From NCBI RefSeq assembly GCF_009834535.1, contig NC_045697.1, positions 102,488,001 to 102,552,000 on the forward strand: a stretch of DNA of 64,000 bases, written 5' to 3'. Of the stretch, positions 47,746 through 61,274 are shown piece after piece. This stretch comes from Camelus ferus. Its lineage: Eukaryota. A program made the position numbers and the translations under genes. The notes beneath the pieces were generated by a model. It saw only the letters and a program-made list of their open reading frames with translations. It ran no database searches and had not been told where the DNA came from. Each line of letters starts with the position of its first letter. Within the stretch, counting starts at the first letter, position 1.

Positions 47746-50700
47746 GAATGAGGCCGATTGCCCTGCTGAACAACATACAACCTTCTTTTTGCCAACTGAA
47801 CATTACACTGGGATGTGGCTTGGAGGAACAGTTTCTCAATACTATAAACAACGGCTTTCTTGGAACAGCTTGTTGCTGAAGCATAAAGAGAGGTTACTCT
47901 TGGTTTAGCCCTCAGTAGCATATGAATTGGTTAAGGAAGTAAGTGTGGCTGACCCACCAAATTACAGTGGCCATAATATAATTAAGTTCAGGATCCTCCC
48001 TGGAGGCTCTGAGAAGTATTATTATGACACCAGGCTGAAAGAAAAGGAATTTCTGCAGAGCCAGGAAATTAGTCAGAAGCAGTCTTTGGGGGAAATGTTG
48101 CAAAGTCAAAAAAGAAAAAAAAAAAAAAAGAAAAATCAGCAGAAACAGCATAAGAGTGATTCAAGGAAAGGGGCTGGTTAAAATACAGTATTTCGTTATC
48201 TTGTGATCCTGAGTATATGAAGTCATTACCTTTCAAAAGAGTAGTGTATCTTGGGATTAAATATGCTATTGGAGTTCAGATGGGAGAAGAAATGGAGGAT
48301 TAAAGATGTTTTTAAAATGTTGAAAACAAAAGGAAATTAGGAAATGATCCTGAAAGGAATTATCAGGAGGGCTTTTGCTGTTTCCTTATCCATATTAAAT
48401 TGTGCTTAGAAATAAAGTTTTAATAACAACTTACACTTTAAGATATAGACTTAGTATAGACTATTAAAATGTTATTAAAGATGTGAGTGACTGCATGGAA
48501 AGAGAGGGACAAAGGAACGAGAATTGGAGCTGTTTGCTGGCTCCCTCTAAGGCCACAGCACTCAGCAAAGAGCTTGTGTGACTGTCGGATCTTCCCAACA
48601 AGACCTTAGTCTGGCTTCAACAGTCAAAGGGACAAAAGGTTTCTCAGAATACGTATGAAAGCCGAAACACTGAAAAGAAAGATGTTGACACTGGATTTCT
48701 TTCCAAATCGTTCCTGTTCAAGGCATCACTCTTTATCTCTTAGGCTCCATGACAGATTGGCTTGAAATAAATGATCAAGCCTTCAGGGCAAGGGTGGTCT
48801 ATTCTTTGGTAATAGACCACAGCTTTGTCATTCCGTGTATTGTGATAGTCAGCCAGTCCTCTTATCATTCATTGGTTACAACTGAATGATGTAGTGGGTA
48901 ATCCTGCTTATGTCTGTCTGTCTAGGCATCAGCCATCCATGCAATGACTGCTTCGATATCCTAATAATATCCGTGTGTCCTGCCCAGGAAAGCCACATGG
49001 CAGTAAACATTGCTTGCATATAAAGTAGGGTGCTTTGGTGGTAGAGGGGAAGGGCTGCCACTCACTTAAAGTATGACCCCACAGATGGTGCTGCTCAAAC
49101 AAATCAAGGGACTAAATGTAGTATCTGGCAAATCCACCTCTTCTCCAACCAGTCTTCTACGTACTTTGGTTTAGAGTAGACATTAATGCATTGACTGTAA
49201 ACTAGTATAAACTTAATGCTTAATTTCTTCCAACCTCTTGGCGGGTATTTTAATCTCCTACAAGTAGGAATCAAGAAAATGTATTAGAGATGCTCAAGAA
49301 TCAGTGAGCCTTAATGGTAAAGGGGAAGCCAACCAATTCTTTCTTTCTATGTGGGGTCGCCCCAGACTAAACTGGTGCTTCTGTGTTTTCGTTCTTGGAA
49401 CAATCCATCACATCATTTCCCCCCCACCACGAAGCCATGAAAGTCATTTGGTCTAGTTAGCACTTTAGGTGCTTCAGGTGCCTAATAAGTTTTCGGAATC
49501 TTTCTGCTATTGACCTCTAGGCCGTTTCAGCATTATCAAAGTTAAGTTTGATACCTTTCACTTCATTTGCATATACCTTTTAACTGGAGAGGGAAGCAGA
49601 TACGCTGTTTTGAAGTTTTACTGTATTTCAGAGACTTTTTAAGATACACCCCCCACCCTTAATTCTGGGTATGACTATTAATATTCTTATAATTTGGGTA
49701 TTAATATTCCTATTTTATAGATAAGAAAACTCATGTTCAGAAAAGTTAAGTAGTCTTCCTACGATGTATATCTAGTAACTGACAGAACTAGGATTCAAAT
49801 TCCCGTCTGTCTGACTCTAGTAATTGTGAAATAACCATCCAAAAACCAACCTGTGAATATTTGAAGACCTTTTGCTCCAGAATCAACACTGATCTCCAAC
49901 AATCCTGTCTTCAGTGAGCATTCCATAATAAACTAACACAAAGCTAGACTCAGATCATGTTTCTGCTCCCGTCAGCCTCTGTTCCCAAGTATGGGTCAAC
50001 CTTGAAACAGCTTGTTAAGCAGAAAGAGAAGCTAAGCCCGACTTGGCCTGGAGCTTTGTGATTGTAAAGGAAGTTAAGAGTGGCTTGCCGGAAGAGCCCC
50101 AGTTTGATGTCAGTTGACAAAATGTCCTTCTTTAGAATTGGAGAGTCTTTTTTGTTTTTGTTTTTTGAAGTCCCAAGCAGCCAACAGGTGAAAATGCATT
50201 ATTCATGCAAGTCTTGGGGAAAAGGCTCACCTGTGAATGAGATAAGGCTCTCTCTATCTTAGATGAATGGGGAGTTTGATTTTTCTGCCAAAACAAATGG
50301 GGAGTCTAAATATTAGAACTTATAGAGGAGCGTTAGGCCCTTCTAATGTATTTGAAGAAACCTGAGGCTCTTTTGTTCTTTTATTTTCCCAAGTCCACTT
50401 CGTAGTCCAAAAGACACATGTCTTGGGGAGCATGTTAAATGTCAGAGAGATATGTCAACTGGTAGACATTAATTAACTCCACCAGATGAAACAGTTGCAG
50501 AATGGGATGAATGAGGAAGGGCATCATCTAAGAAGTTATATGCAAGAATAGAAGAACTGAGAATTGTTTCTCATACAGACAACACTTCTCAAGTTTCCTG
50601 TCTCCTATTCTGCATAAGTCATCATTACTTGGAGACTGGATGTGGGAAAAGGCTGTAGACATTTTATGGGTTTAAAGTAAGAGCACCAAAAAACTTTAAC

Positions 50701-53700
50701 TATAAATATCATCAGGGCACTCATTTCTCCAACAAGTTTGGTGTGTTATAAATGCCTTCTAGGGCCCATGCCACACCAGTAGGGGGATGTCATTTGGGAG
50801 CTGCTTTTAGCTACTTAAACCATTTCAGGGACAGATCAATACTTTCCAAAGAGCTTGGGTCACACAAATGAAAAAAATCTTTTTACAAGTTGTTGGATTA
50901 GGTCATAGAGTCGTCTCGGTCCATAGTGTTTAAGCTTCGCCAGCACACGTGCGATTCACAAAGATAGTTTGACTTCAGGGGGCTTTTATTAATGTATTTT
51001 ATTTCACCCAGAAGGTGTTCTTTATGACAAACAGGAAACCTCACTAAATATAACCCAAAGTTTAAGCAATGGAAAGGCACATAGATGATGTCGTACATTA
51101 TAAATATTTTTTGTACTTGCTGGTTTATTTCTAAGGAAATTATGAGAGTGACATCATAATGATGACTGACTTTTATTAGTGTTTTTGCTCTGAAGCTCTA
51201 GACCACTAGTTATGAAGAAAAACAAATTGTCTAGTGTTATCCCTTAATGCTTTACCTGATGTTTTCTAGTGACATTAATCCTAGGAAGTAATTCTAGGAC
51301 GACTAAATTATCATCAGTTCTCTTTTACACATTTGTCATGAAAAACAGCATAATAGCAAAGCACACAATTTCTTAAAACTCGTAATGGGACGTAATGACC
51401 TTGTATTTTTGTCTAAACTACTGCTTGGATTAGTCTACAAATCAAAGAACAATTTTATTTATTTTTATTGAAGTATAGTTGATTTACAATGTTGTATTAG
51501 TTTCTGGTGTACAGCTTTACTGCAGATGCCACACATGAGAAAACCAAATGCCATCAGCAATGCCCCTTCCAGAGCCTTCACCCTGGAAGTCACTTTGTCA
51601 CACATGCCATCAAATGAGAAACAAATCAGACACTTTATGCGACAACTGTTTTCCACTTGAAACCATCAAAACAGAAACAATAGATTTTCCTATCAAAATG
51701 GAAAAATTATGAGTGTTTAGAAAGGATAATTGAGTTGTCATTTCTTTTAGAGCTGGCCTGGTATATTTCAAAAGTGGCGTTTGGTTTGAGGTTATAGCTC
51801 TGTTAGGATAATTGATGAATGAATAAATGCTTATTCGTCCCTGGATAGAACCCTAAAGTCTCAATCCTTCCTCCCGCTGACGGATGGCACCCCCGTGCCT
51901 ACCGCCTACGTGAACTACTGGTCCATCCCTCTGCCCCCCACCATGAGGAAGACAAGGGCTGATTAGTGAGTAACTAAAAGTAAATAAAAATTTTTATTTT
52001 GTGCATTTTTCACTAAAAAAGAAATGTTACAAAGTAGAAGTTATAATTCATTTACAATAGGAAAAAGAAAAAAAAAAAAAACCCTGAAGTTCAAGTGTGT
52101 TAAATTACTTCCCCAAGGTCAAATAGCCTATAAGTCATAAAGCGGATTCAAATCCAGCTCCCAATTTAAAACCCACATTTATTTCACTGTGCTGACCTTG
52201 TGCCCTCAGATCTCCAAAACTCTCCACAATCAGGGCAAGAATGGGAGAGTTGGGTGCACCTTTATACTCTTCCGTTGCATTTCTTTTCTCCCAAAGAATC
52301 ATACCCAATATTAATAAAGTGTCTCTCTGGGAGATGATGCTGTTTCTTTCCTTGGATTTTTCTCTCTTCTCATTGTCTGGCCCCCGAAGTCTCAGCTTGA
52401 ATGTCCATCTTCAGAGAGGCTTTCCCTGACCCCCTGGTCTAAATTAGATTTTCCCAATATGCTTTCCCAAAATGCAATTATGTATTTGTTTGAAGGCTTA
52501 CTTGTCCAAAGTTCCTATCCCCAACTAGACCATGGTAGCCCAGCCATGGCATAGAGCAACTGGCCAACTTTTGCTGAGCATCAGTCGTGCGTCGGGGCCC
52601 ACTCTGCACTCTGTTAACTACCTCCCAACAACTTATGAGACAGGAAATGTCCCTATTTTGAAGGTGGTTCAACTGGGACAAGAGAAGCTAAGTAACTTTC
52701 TTATGTCAAGAAGCTAGCAAGTGGAGGAGCCAGATTGCAAAACTAGGCAGTCTAAATCCCTGAGCCCATCCTCTTGACATAAATGAATAGTAATGTGATG
52801 CATCATGACATGGGAGCAGCTGGCCCGCCATATTTACCCCTTGAAGATGGAGTGGATGCTGGAATCTGAGGGCGGGAGCTGTGCAGTGAGGGAGGATAGA
52901 TGCTGACGACGTTATAGATGATGAAAGTGGGTGCTGGCAGTCGAGAAAGTGGAACCTTTATAAACACCTCATTTGCCCTATGATTTACAACCAGGAACTT
53001 ATCTCTACCTGGAGATTTTGTGAATTAAAATGGGACGATGAACGTTCCATCAGTTTTGTCCACATTGCTACAAATGTTGAATTATAACCGTATTAGAAAA
53101 CTCTGTTCTTGTTTGGCTCTTCCCAAAGTTAACTAAGAATACAATCTTAGGCAATTTAATTATCAGAAGTTTCCACAGATTCTGCCTTTTGATCCAAAAT
53201 TATATTATCCAGAAATACATAAAGTATGCTTTCCATTATATTAAGAATTATAGGGAACAGAGCTTCCTTTGCGCTGAAAACTGTCCTACTGGTGAAACTT
53301 CTATGAAAAAGGTGAACAGACAGACACTGTCCTTAAAACAAATCTTCATGTATTTGAGGCAAGTTATGTGCTCTCAGATTTTTTTTTTTTTGAAATTAAG
53401 AAATCCAAGCCCTCCCTTAGTCTTTTTTGATAAATCCTATTTTACAATTACTTTCACATCTTTAATCTGGACTTCAGGTTTTTTCAGATATCTATAATAT
53501 ATAGTTCCCACACTTATTCTATCTTAATGCAATAATATCATACTTTCCTGATTACAGAAAATATGAAACTGAAGAAATTTATATTTTAAATTGTCACATA
53601 GTTTAATATTAAAGATGCATTTCCCAGAAATATATATTAATTGCTTTTATTCAGAGTAGTATAAATATGTACTATATCAAATTTCAAAAAGAGTTGCTTA

Positions 53701-56359
53701 CTTTGGATATCTGAGGCATAGCAAACATTTGTTTTCTCAATGTTGATTTGTAACTAATGACATTTTGGAATAAGAATGATTTTTTAATGTAAAAATGAAA
53801 ATTTAGATTGAACATTTTTTAGTGTTGCTGTGTTGCTAGCATTCTGCATCTGATCATTTTGTGAAGTAGTGATTCATGAAAATATCAGAGATTCAAAGAT
53901 TTGGTTTTGCGATCTTGGTCAATGGCAAAGTTTAATTGACATCTAAATCATGCACATACAAACTGTACTCAGAAAATAATTTCAAAAGTACCATAATTTT
54001 TACATGACCTTGAAGTTGCAGCAATCTATTGCATAACTTTTCAAGAGAAGTCACAGAGAGGAAACCTCATATTTTCTTAAATTTATTAGTGTTCCTTGGT
54101 GGTCTAAACAGTTGGGATTTTTTTCAAGGTTTCTCTTCAAGGCAATAATCTTACTTAATTCTTTAATGTTTGTTCTCATATAAGTCAGTTTAAGTTCTTC
54201 TTTAGAGTAACAATAGGAAATATATAATGGCATAGAGCAGTGAAACATGACTAAAAAACTCAAGTATCCTAGTGTTATATTTCTATGTAATGATGTGAAG
54301 ATAATGCTTTTAGCTGCATGACCACCATATTAGCCACACATCATAAAAAACAAACTTTATAAAAGTAACAGGTCAAATTCATTTAAGACAGTTTTTACCC
54401 TTAGCTAGAGTTAAGCATTAATCCTTAATATTGTGATTTTTTTCTGTCATTGAAAGGACCTTGAATCTTCCATTTTCCAGCAGGAGAAAAAAGATTTTTC
54501 AAACTACAAAGGTACAAGTCAGGGGAAAATATCAGGGAAGCATTCTTTATATTCCTGGGCTTAATGTTTTAAATAAAGTGTCAGACTTAGTGCCTCAAAG
54601 ATTTTAGCTTTAAGGATGGTAAATGAAATCTTATGAGGCCATTTTCTTTCTTTTGTTTCAGTATGAAAATTTAATATTTCTAATAATTTTATTTAAAATT
54701 TACTTTTATTCTTATAAAACTTAATAGTCCTTAACTTTGTTAGACCTTTATTAATAAACTATGAAAAATTATTTTTCTTTATTATAGACCAAGTCATTCT
54801 AAGAAAGAGATTTCCAAACTGCGAGTCAAATGAGGGACATTTCTTACCCATTAAGTAAAATACATTTTGGGAATTTGAAGGCGTTAAGGTACTTTCTAAA
54901 TCGTCTTCCTTCTTCCAAAGGAATCATTTGCTTCCTAACAAGGTTTGCCCAATATTTGTCAACCTAACAATTTTTTAAAAATATTTATACTTTAAGAATG
55001 ATCCTAAGGAAATCCTTGAGAGAGTGAGAGAATGGAAAACTGAAATCCCCTAAACATAAACAAATATTTACTTTATTCTGCAGTGTCGTCAAGTCTTTGG
55101 GGATATGCATTTTTTTTAATGAATGTATATACTCTCACATGTTCTGGATAATCTTATATTTTTGCTTAGTTCATAACTGGATATTCAAATTTGACTCTAA
55201 ACTCAGTGTCTTTTTAAAATTAATATAAGTATCTGTTATATCAGTCCATATTGCTCTGAGGTAATTTTCACAGCTGTTTGGCAATATCAAAGTTGCGTAT
55301 TTTTCTATCACAAATCTTGGAAGTGTGTTTTCACATAAAGTTTGTTTTTTGTGGGAAGGAAATATTGTGATTTGTCATCAGTATTATTGGAGATCACAGA
55401 AATGTTGGGTGAATTTGTTTCTCCCTTTCCTTTTATTTGTTTACTAAAGAAATTAGTTTAACTTTAGAGCCTATGAACTCTAAATACATATATTTTTTAA
55501 CTAAAAAAGAAAAAGATTTCTGCAGTGGCCAAGTATGTATGTTTCAATCCTGGAATAAAAACTCAGATTACCCCGTCTTGGAAATCATTCATTAAGGAGC
55601 CACTGGTAACACATACCATCTAAATCTGCTGAAAAGATATAGACAGATCTTTATCAAAACTATGTGGTAAGCCTGGTGCTAAATATAAGTATAAATGTGC
55701 CTTTCCATGCCTGCAATTTTCTGAAGTCCAAAAGTTCTTCGGATGGTAGCAGGCAAGATAATACTTCCTCTACTTAATTTAAATGCATTCCTCATCTGAT
55801 TCAAATGTAGGGCTACACATTCTCTACTTCAAAAATCACATTCCCTTCCCAAATCTTACTATTTTATGGATCAGATAGATTTGAGGCTGGCTCTTGCCTC
55901 TCTGTCCATTGTAGTAGCTATGTCTTCCATTCACATGGCACGTTGGAATTTACAAAGTGGTTTTACATTCGTTGTCTTCTTTGATTATCTGAGGGGCTTT
56001 ATTAGAGGGAGAAAAAATATTTACCGAGGAGTTTTCATTTGCCTCTATCACATTAAATAACCAGGTAAACGCCTCGAAAGGATTGTTGAGTGTGCTACTC
56101 TGTTTTTTGGTGGTATACTAGTTTTCATGTATTGTTTCATCTAAAATCCAGTTTAAAAAAAAAAAACTCTTTCCTCTCTTTAATTAATGATTTATTTAAT
56201 TATTTTGAACCCCTGTCTAATTCACAAAAAGATTTGGGTGCTTTACATTGAAAGGAACAGGTCTGATAGAATTGTAAAGCAAGAGAGAAAAGATAAGAGC
56301 GCCACACTGCGGGAGGGAGGTGTGATAAAAGAGGTGTGAAGGAGAGTAGAAATGCTTCG

Positions 56360-56525
56360 CAGTGGTGGTCCGGGGTTTGCCAGCGCTAACTGTGCTCCTC
56401 CTTCTCACACCGAAGTCAGAGATATTAAGTTGCCAGTTTGAAATCGGCCATGGTGAGAGTATTTACACCGCGGAAATGTACACAAGCCAGGATTTTTATT
56501 TTCCAGATAGTCGGTTTATCAATGG
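56360..56525. mobile_element. MER63-like hAT element remnant
   Basis: ttgaaatcggccatggtgagagtatttacaccgcggaaat. Confidence 0.6.
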
Positions 56526-57057
56526 CCCTAAAGCCTAAATTAACCGTTGTGTTAAAATAACTGATGTATAAGCTTCATTTTATTCTCCTGCAGAGCTTTG
56601 TAAACTTAAGCAAGACTGTTTCAATACTGCCTCAGTCCATGAACAATGGGTGCTGATGAGGGAATACAATCAGTTTTGTGTTTGTTCATGTCTTCCTTTC
56701 GGAACTATTTGGAGGGCGGCGGTGGAACAGTATTGTTGACGTTATTTTTCCTCCAATCAGATGATCTTTACTTTGTGACTTCCGGTTGTACATTTTAGGC
56801 AGGTTACTCAAATCTTCCATGCATCTGTGTCTCTAATCCAGAAAATAAAGATAATAATAAAATAGTATTAAGCTTTATAAAGGTATACAGTTTAAACAAT
56901 ATAATGCTTGCAAATTACTTAGCATGGTCTCTGGTATAAAGTAAGAGCTCAATACATGTTACCTTTTATGATAAGGCTTCCACTGGCATAGATGAGATAC
57001 TTTCTAAGACACTAGAAATGCCAAGATAAGGTCCCTGCCCTTAAGAAGCTCACAGTT

Positions 57058-57224
57058 AGGGAGGGTATAGCTCAAGCAGTAGAGCTCATCCTTAGCATGC
57101 ATGAGATCCTGGAATCAATCCCTAGTACTTCCTAAAAATAAACAAAGCTTAATTATCCCCCTCCACCAAAGTAAAATAAATAATACAACAAAAAAGAGTA
57201 ATGCTATTTAAAAAAAAAAAAAAA
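57058..57224 (+). mobile_element. Camelid-type tRNA SINE with poly-A tail and 14-bp TSD
   Basis: gggagggtatagctcaagcagtagagc...gagatcctggaatcaatccctagtac...poly-A; TSD AAGAAGCTCACAGT (57043-57056) / AAGAAGCTCATAGT (57225-57238). Confidence 0.9.
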
Positions 57225-57357
57225 AAGAAGCTCATAGTCTAGAGGAGAATTGGTTTAGTTCCTAATTTACATATTACATAAATTACATACATTTTGCTGT
57301 GCCTAACAATGTAGCTGCCCAATACTTCACTCATTTACAGTTCAGTCTAGAAATGTG

Positions 57358-57560
57358 TTTTCTTTCTTTCTTTCTTTTCTTTCTTTTCTTTCTTTTCTTT
57401 CTCCTTTCATTCTTTCTTTAGTTGAAGTATAGATGATTTATAATAGTGTGTTAGTTTCAGGTACACAGCAAAATATATATATATACATATAATTTTTTTC
57501 AGATTATTTTCCACTATAGGTTATTACAAGAAAGTGAATATCCTGTGTTATACAGGAAAT
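57358..57560 (-). mobile_element. LINE-1 3' end fragment with (TTTC)n-type decayed tail
   Basis: (tttc/ttttc)n followed by ttgaagtatagatgatttataatagtgtgttagtttcaggtacacagcaaa...taggttattacaaga, same family as 7138-7563 and 30386-30600. Confidence 0.75.
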
Positions 57561-59429
57561 AGACACTTTTTAAAATCTAAGGTCCAACAAGTATTAAACC
57601 TGTAGCTTGTAACAGAAGAGTTTAGTATAGTCATAGTCTTTTTTAATTATCATTTTTATTCATTTTTAACTCCATGAATACTCTTGGTTTCTTGTCAAAC
57701 TATTGTTCATTTATTTTCACGTACCCTAAACATACAGCATAAGAGGTTTGCTTTCTCTAAGTGTTGCCAACACCCCTGTACATTTCCTTCTTCAAAAAAG
57801 TGTTGAGTGCTAGGATTTGGGGGTGTTTTTTCTTCTGGTTTTATTGAGATGTAATTGACATACAGCATGCATAAGTTTAAAGTTACAGCATCATGAAATG
57901 ATGACCACAGTAAGTTTAGTGAACATCTATCATTTCTTATAGATACAAAAGTAAGAAATAGAAAAAAATTCTTAGAATTTTGTTTCTAAGAGGAATTTAC
58001 ACTTTTTGTAGCTTTAGTATTTTATTATTATTTCAAATAGATGTTTCATGCATTTTGGTTTTAATATTTTTAAGTTTAATTTGAAGCATCTTTTCTTTTA
58101 GAGTAGATGTTTTGGAGAACTGAACTTTGGGATGTCACAGGTATTATTAACTCTTGACACACACTGAGTCAGATAGTCCCTAGTGCTCAGGCCAGTCCCT
58201 GAGAGCATATGGGATTCCTCGGGTAGCACGTGGAAAGGTTCCACTGCAGCTAACTGCTGCATGGACAGTGTAAAAGGGACAAGCCAATCCACCATGTAAT
58301 GTGCCATACTGGGTTAGAGGTCACAGTTCAAACAGGTAAAAACTTAGGGAAAAACAGAAATATGGAAGTTGATTCCATCTGACAAACATAAAATTTGTGT
58401 AAAATAAATCGTGTACACCCACACATAAAATAGTGTGACCGTAACAGTTTTTACAAATATAACTGAATATCTGTGTACTTTTTTCCCTGTAGGCGGGAGA
58501 TGTCAAAAGAACATTAGTATATGGAATGAGAAGCAGCTGGGAAGCTGTAAATTCTAGAAAAGAATCACCTTTAGTATCTTCCCTCTGTGTTGGTTGGAAC
58601 TTAAACCCAGTGTAACTGATTTATTTTGTTTATGTTTGAAAAGAGTGAGGAGGAGAATTGTTGAAGAAGGTACTGTGACTTGGAGATAGCTGGTCTGCAT
58701 CTAGATTATCTTCCATCCTCTCATGTGTACTTTTCTAGTCTGTTTTTGCATTTGCTATACCTTCAGAAGATAAAATGTGCAATCCTAAACATAGATTTGA
58801 CATGGACCAATTGGTCCACAGCAGAAATCATATTCCCCTTAAGACACATCCTAAAAACTCTGAATTGCCGTGTATCTTCTAGCGTCTCTCCAACTTCATT
58901 CGAAGGACAGACCTCCCTTTGGGGGGAGTGTGCTCAGGGTAGCCATGGCTCCTGCCAGCACGTGAAGGCTGTAAATACTTTCTTTGAGAACAGGAGCAGT
59001 GGGAAGTACTATTAGACAGAAGTGAGGCCTTGAAGGGACAAGACAGTGCCTGGAAGAGCATTCAGTCATCAGGAAACCGAGAGAGTAGTTGAAGGAAGTT
59101 AAAGACTTCTCTAAAAGAAAAACCAAATCTGGAAAAATAGAGGAAATTTTAAAGAAATGGGGAGAATTAGTACCATATGTGATAGGGTCTTAGTGTATTG
59201 TGGCTGCTTTCATGCTCAGAGTACAGTGAAGGGAAGAAAAGCCGAAAGAGTGAATAATAAAATGGCACAAGATATTTTATAAAAATGTTGATTTCCAAAG
59301 TAAAATTTGTGTGAGTACCAAATTATTCCAAGTATAACTTCAACTTCTTCGATAGAGTTGACCATGACCTTCTCCCTAGAGAGGAGGATGAGCTAAAGAA
59401 CCTCTCAGATTTTTTCTGGAATGTCTTCT

Positions 59430-60244
59430 GATACCAGATGACAGAGTTGGGGTTTTTTGTTTTGTTTTGTTTTGTTTTTTCTCACAGCAACCAATTCTCC
59501 AACACCAAGTGGGTGTTCAACAATTCAGTTCCATTCTGACACTAACTCCCTGGAGTTAACCTTGACCCCATGGATTAAGAGCTCAGTCCTACAAGACTAT
59601 CTCTGTTCCAAGCACTGGCTTCGCACATTTCTGCCCAAATGACTACAAATTCAGGGGTTCTTACCAGCTCCCCCGCAAACTTAGTCACTCATAGAACAGC
59701 TCACAGAACTCAGGAAGCTGCTTTACTTACTATTACTGGTTTATTATGAAAGCTTCAGCTCAGGATCAGTCAGAGGGCGGAAGAGACACATAGGGAAAGG
59801 CATGGGGCTGGGGGGACGTGGAGCTTCCATGCCCTCTCTGGGCATGCCACCCTCCAGCACCTCAGTGTGTTGGCCAACCTGGAAGCTCTCCAAATGCCAT
59901 CATTTAAGGTTTCATGGAGGCTTCATTAAGTAGATATGATTGATTCCATCATAGCCATTGGTGATTGAACTCAACCTCCAGTCCCTCTCTCCTCCCTGGA
60001 GGTTGGAGGGTGGGACTGAAAGTACTCATCCTTTAATTACCTTTGTTGGTTCCTCTGGCACCAGCCCCCTTCCTGAAGGTATCTGACGGTCCACCAAGAA
60101 TCACTTCTTTAGCATAAACTCAGGTGAGATTGACCATTAGCAAGGACAAAAGATACTCCTGTCACTCAGGAAATTCCAGTGGTTTTAGGAGGTCTGTGCC
60201 AAAAACCAGGGACAAAGACCAAGTCTATTTTTCATTATAGCACA
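59430..60244 (-). mobile_element. MER21-like solo LTR
   Basis: aaccaattctccaacacc...aattcagttccattctgacactaac...tcacagaactcaggaa...cactcaggaaattccagtggttttaggag...ccagggacaaagaccaa. Confidence 0.8.
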
Positions 60245-60807
60245 GAAACAAATCATGCAGCCCCTCCCATAAGCTAACTCAGGGTCCTCAGGGGATTGAC
60301 TCTTCTTCTGAGACCAAATTAGACTTTTGGAATTATTGAAAAGCACTGCTTCCTGTCTTTTCCAGGTGTTGTGAAGAAATTAATACTATACAGTGTGTTT
60401 TGAAACTTACGAACTAAGCAAAATAAGTTTTAGTGAGATTAAAATCCTCCAGTTAGTAGAAACAGTTTGCTCATGTTGAAATTTTTCCTTCTTTGCATCC
60501 TGGGATTAATACAGTTTTGCTCTTGACTGAATTCATATATGCTCACATGTTATCTAATGGTCTCCACCTTCTCTTCAATTCTGAAAAGTGCTTTCACTTC
60601 ACTCCGAAGGGTGTTGGTTGATCTTGCAACACGGACAGCTAAGAGAGAGTGATTGCTGTGGGAGAGCTTTCCCTAAGTATCTCTTTATGAATTTGTGGGT
60701 GAACTTCACCAGTCTCCTCTTTCAGGGCACTCACAGTAGGGCATGGCCAAGATGGTTCAAGGCATCAGTGCTTTGGATCCTTTTAAAACACAGATTAAAG
60801 TAGACAT

Positions 60808-61274
60808 GTAGTAGACCAAAAAAGAGTAATGCTCTTTCCCAAAAGATGTCCTCAACCTAATCTCCAGAACCTGTGATTATGTTACTTTACCTGGCAAAGG
60901 GGAATTCAAATTACACTGGATTATCTAGATGAGTTCAGTGTCATCACAAAGTCTTAAAAGTGGACGATGGGGCAGAGAAGGTCAGAGCGATGAGATTATG
61001 AGGATTCAGCCTACCATAACCAGCTTTGAAGATGGAGGGTAGAGGGCACCAACCAAGGATGCCACATGGCTTCTTGAAACTGGAAAGGGAAAGGAAGTGG
61101 ATTATGCCCTAGAGCCTCCAGAAAGCAGCCCAGCTCTGCAGACACATTTATTTTAGCCAGGTGAGACCCATGCTGTAGTCTAACCTACAGATTTTAAGAT
61201 AATAGATTTGTGTTGTTTCAAGCCACTGTGTTTGTGGTGATTTTTTTTTACAGCAACAATAGAAAACGAAGACA
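60808..61274 (+). mobile_element. MaLR solo LTR (MLT1D-like)
   Basis: aaagatgtcc...ctaatctccagaacctgtgattatgttactttacctggcaaagggga...gccctagagcctccagaa...aagccactgtgtttgtggtga...acagcaacaatagaaaac. Confidence 0.85.
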
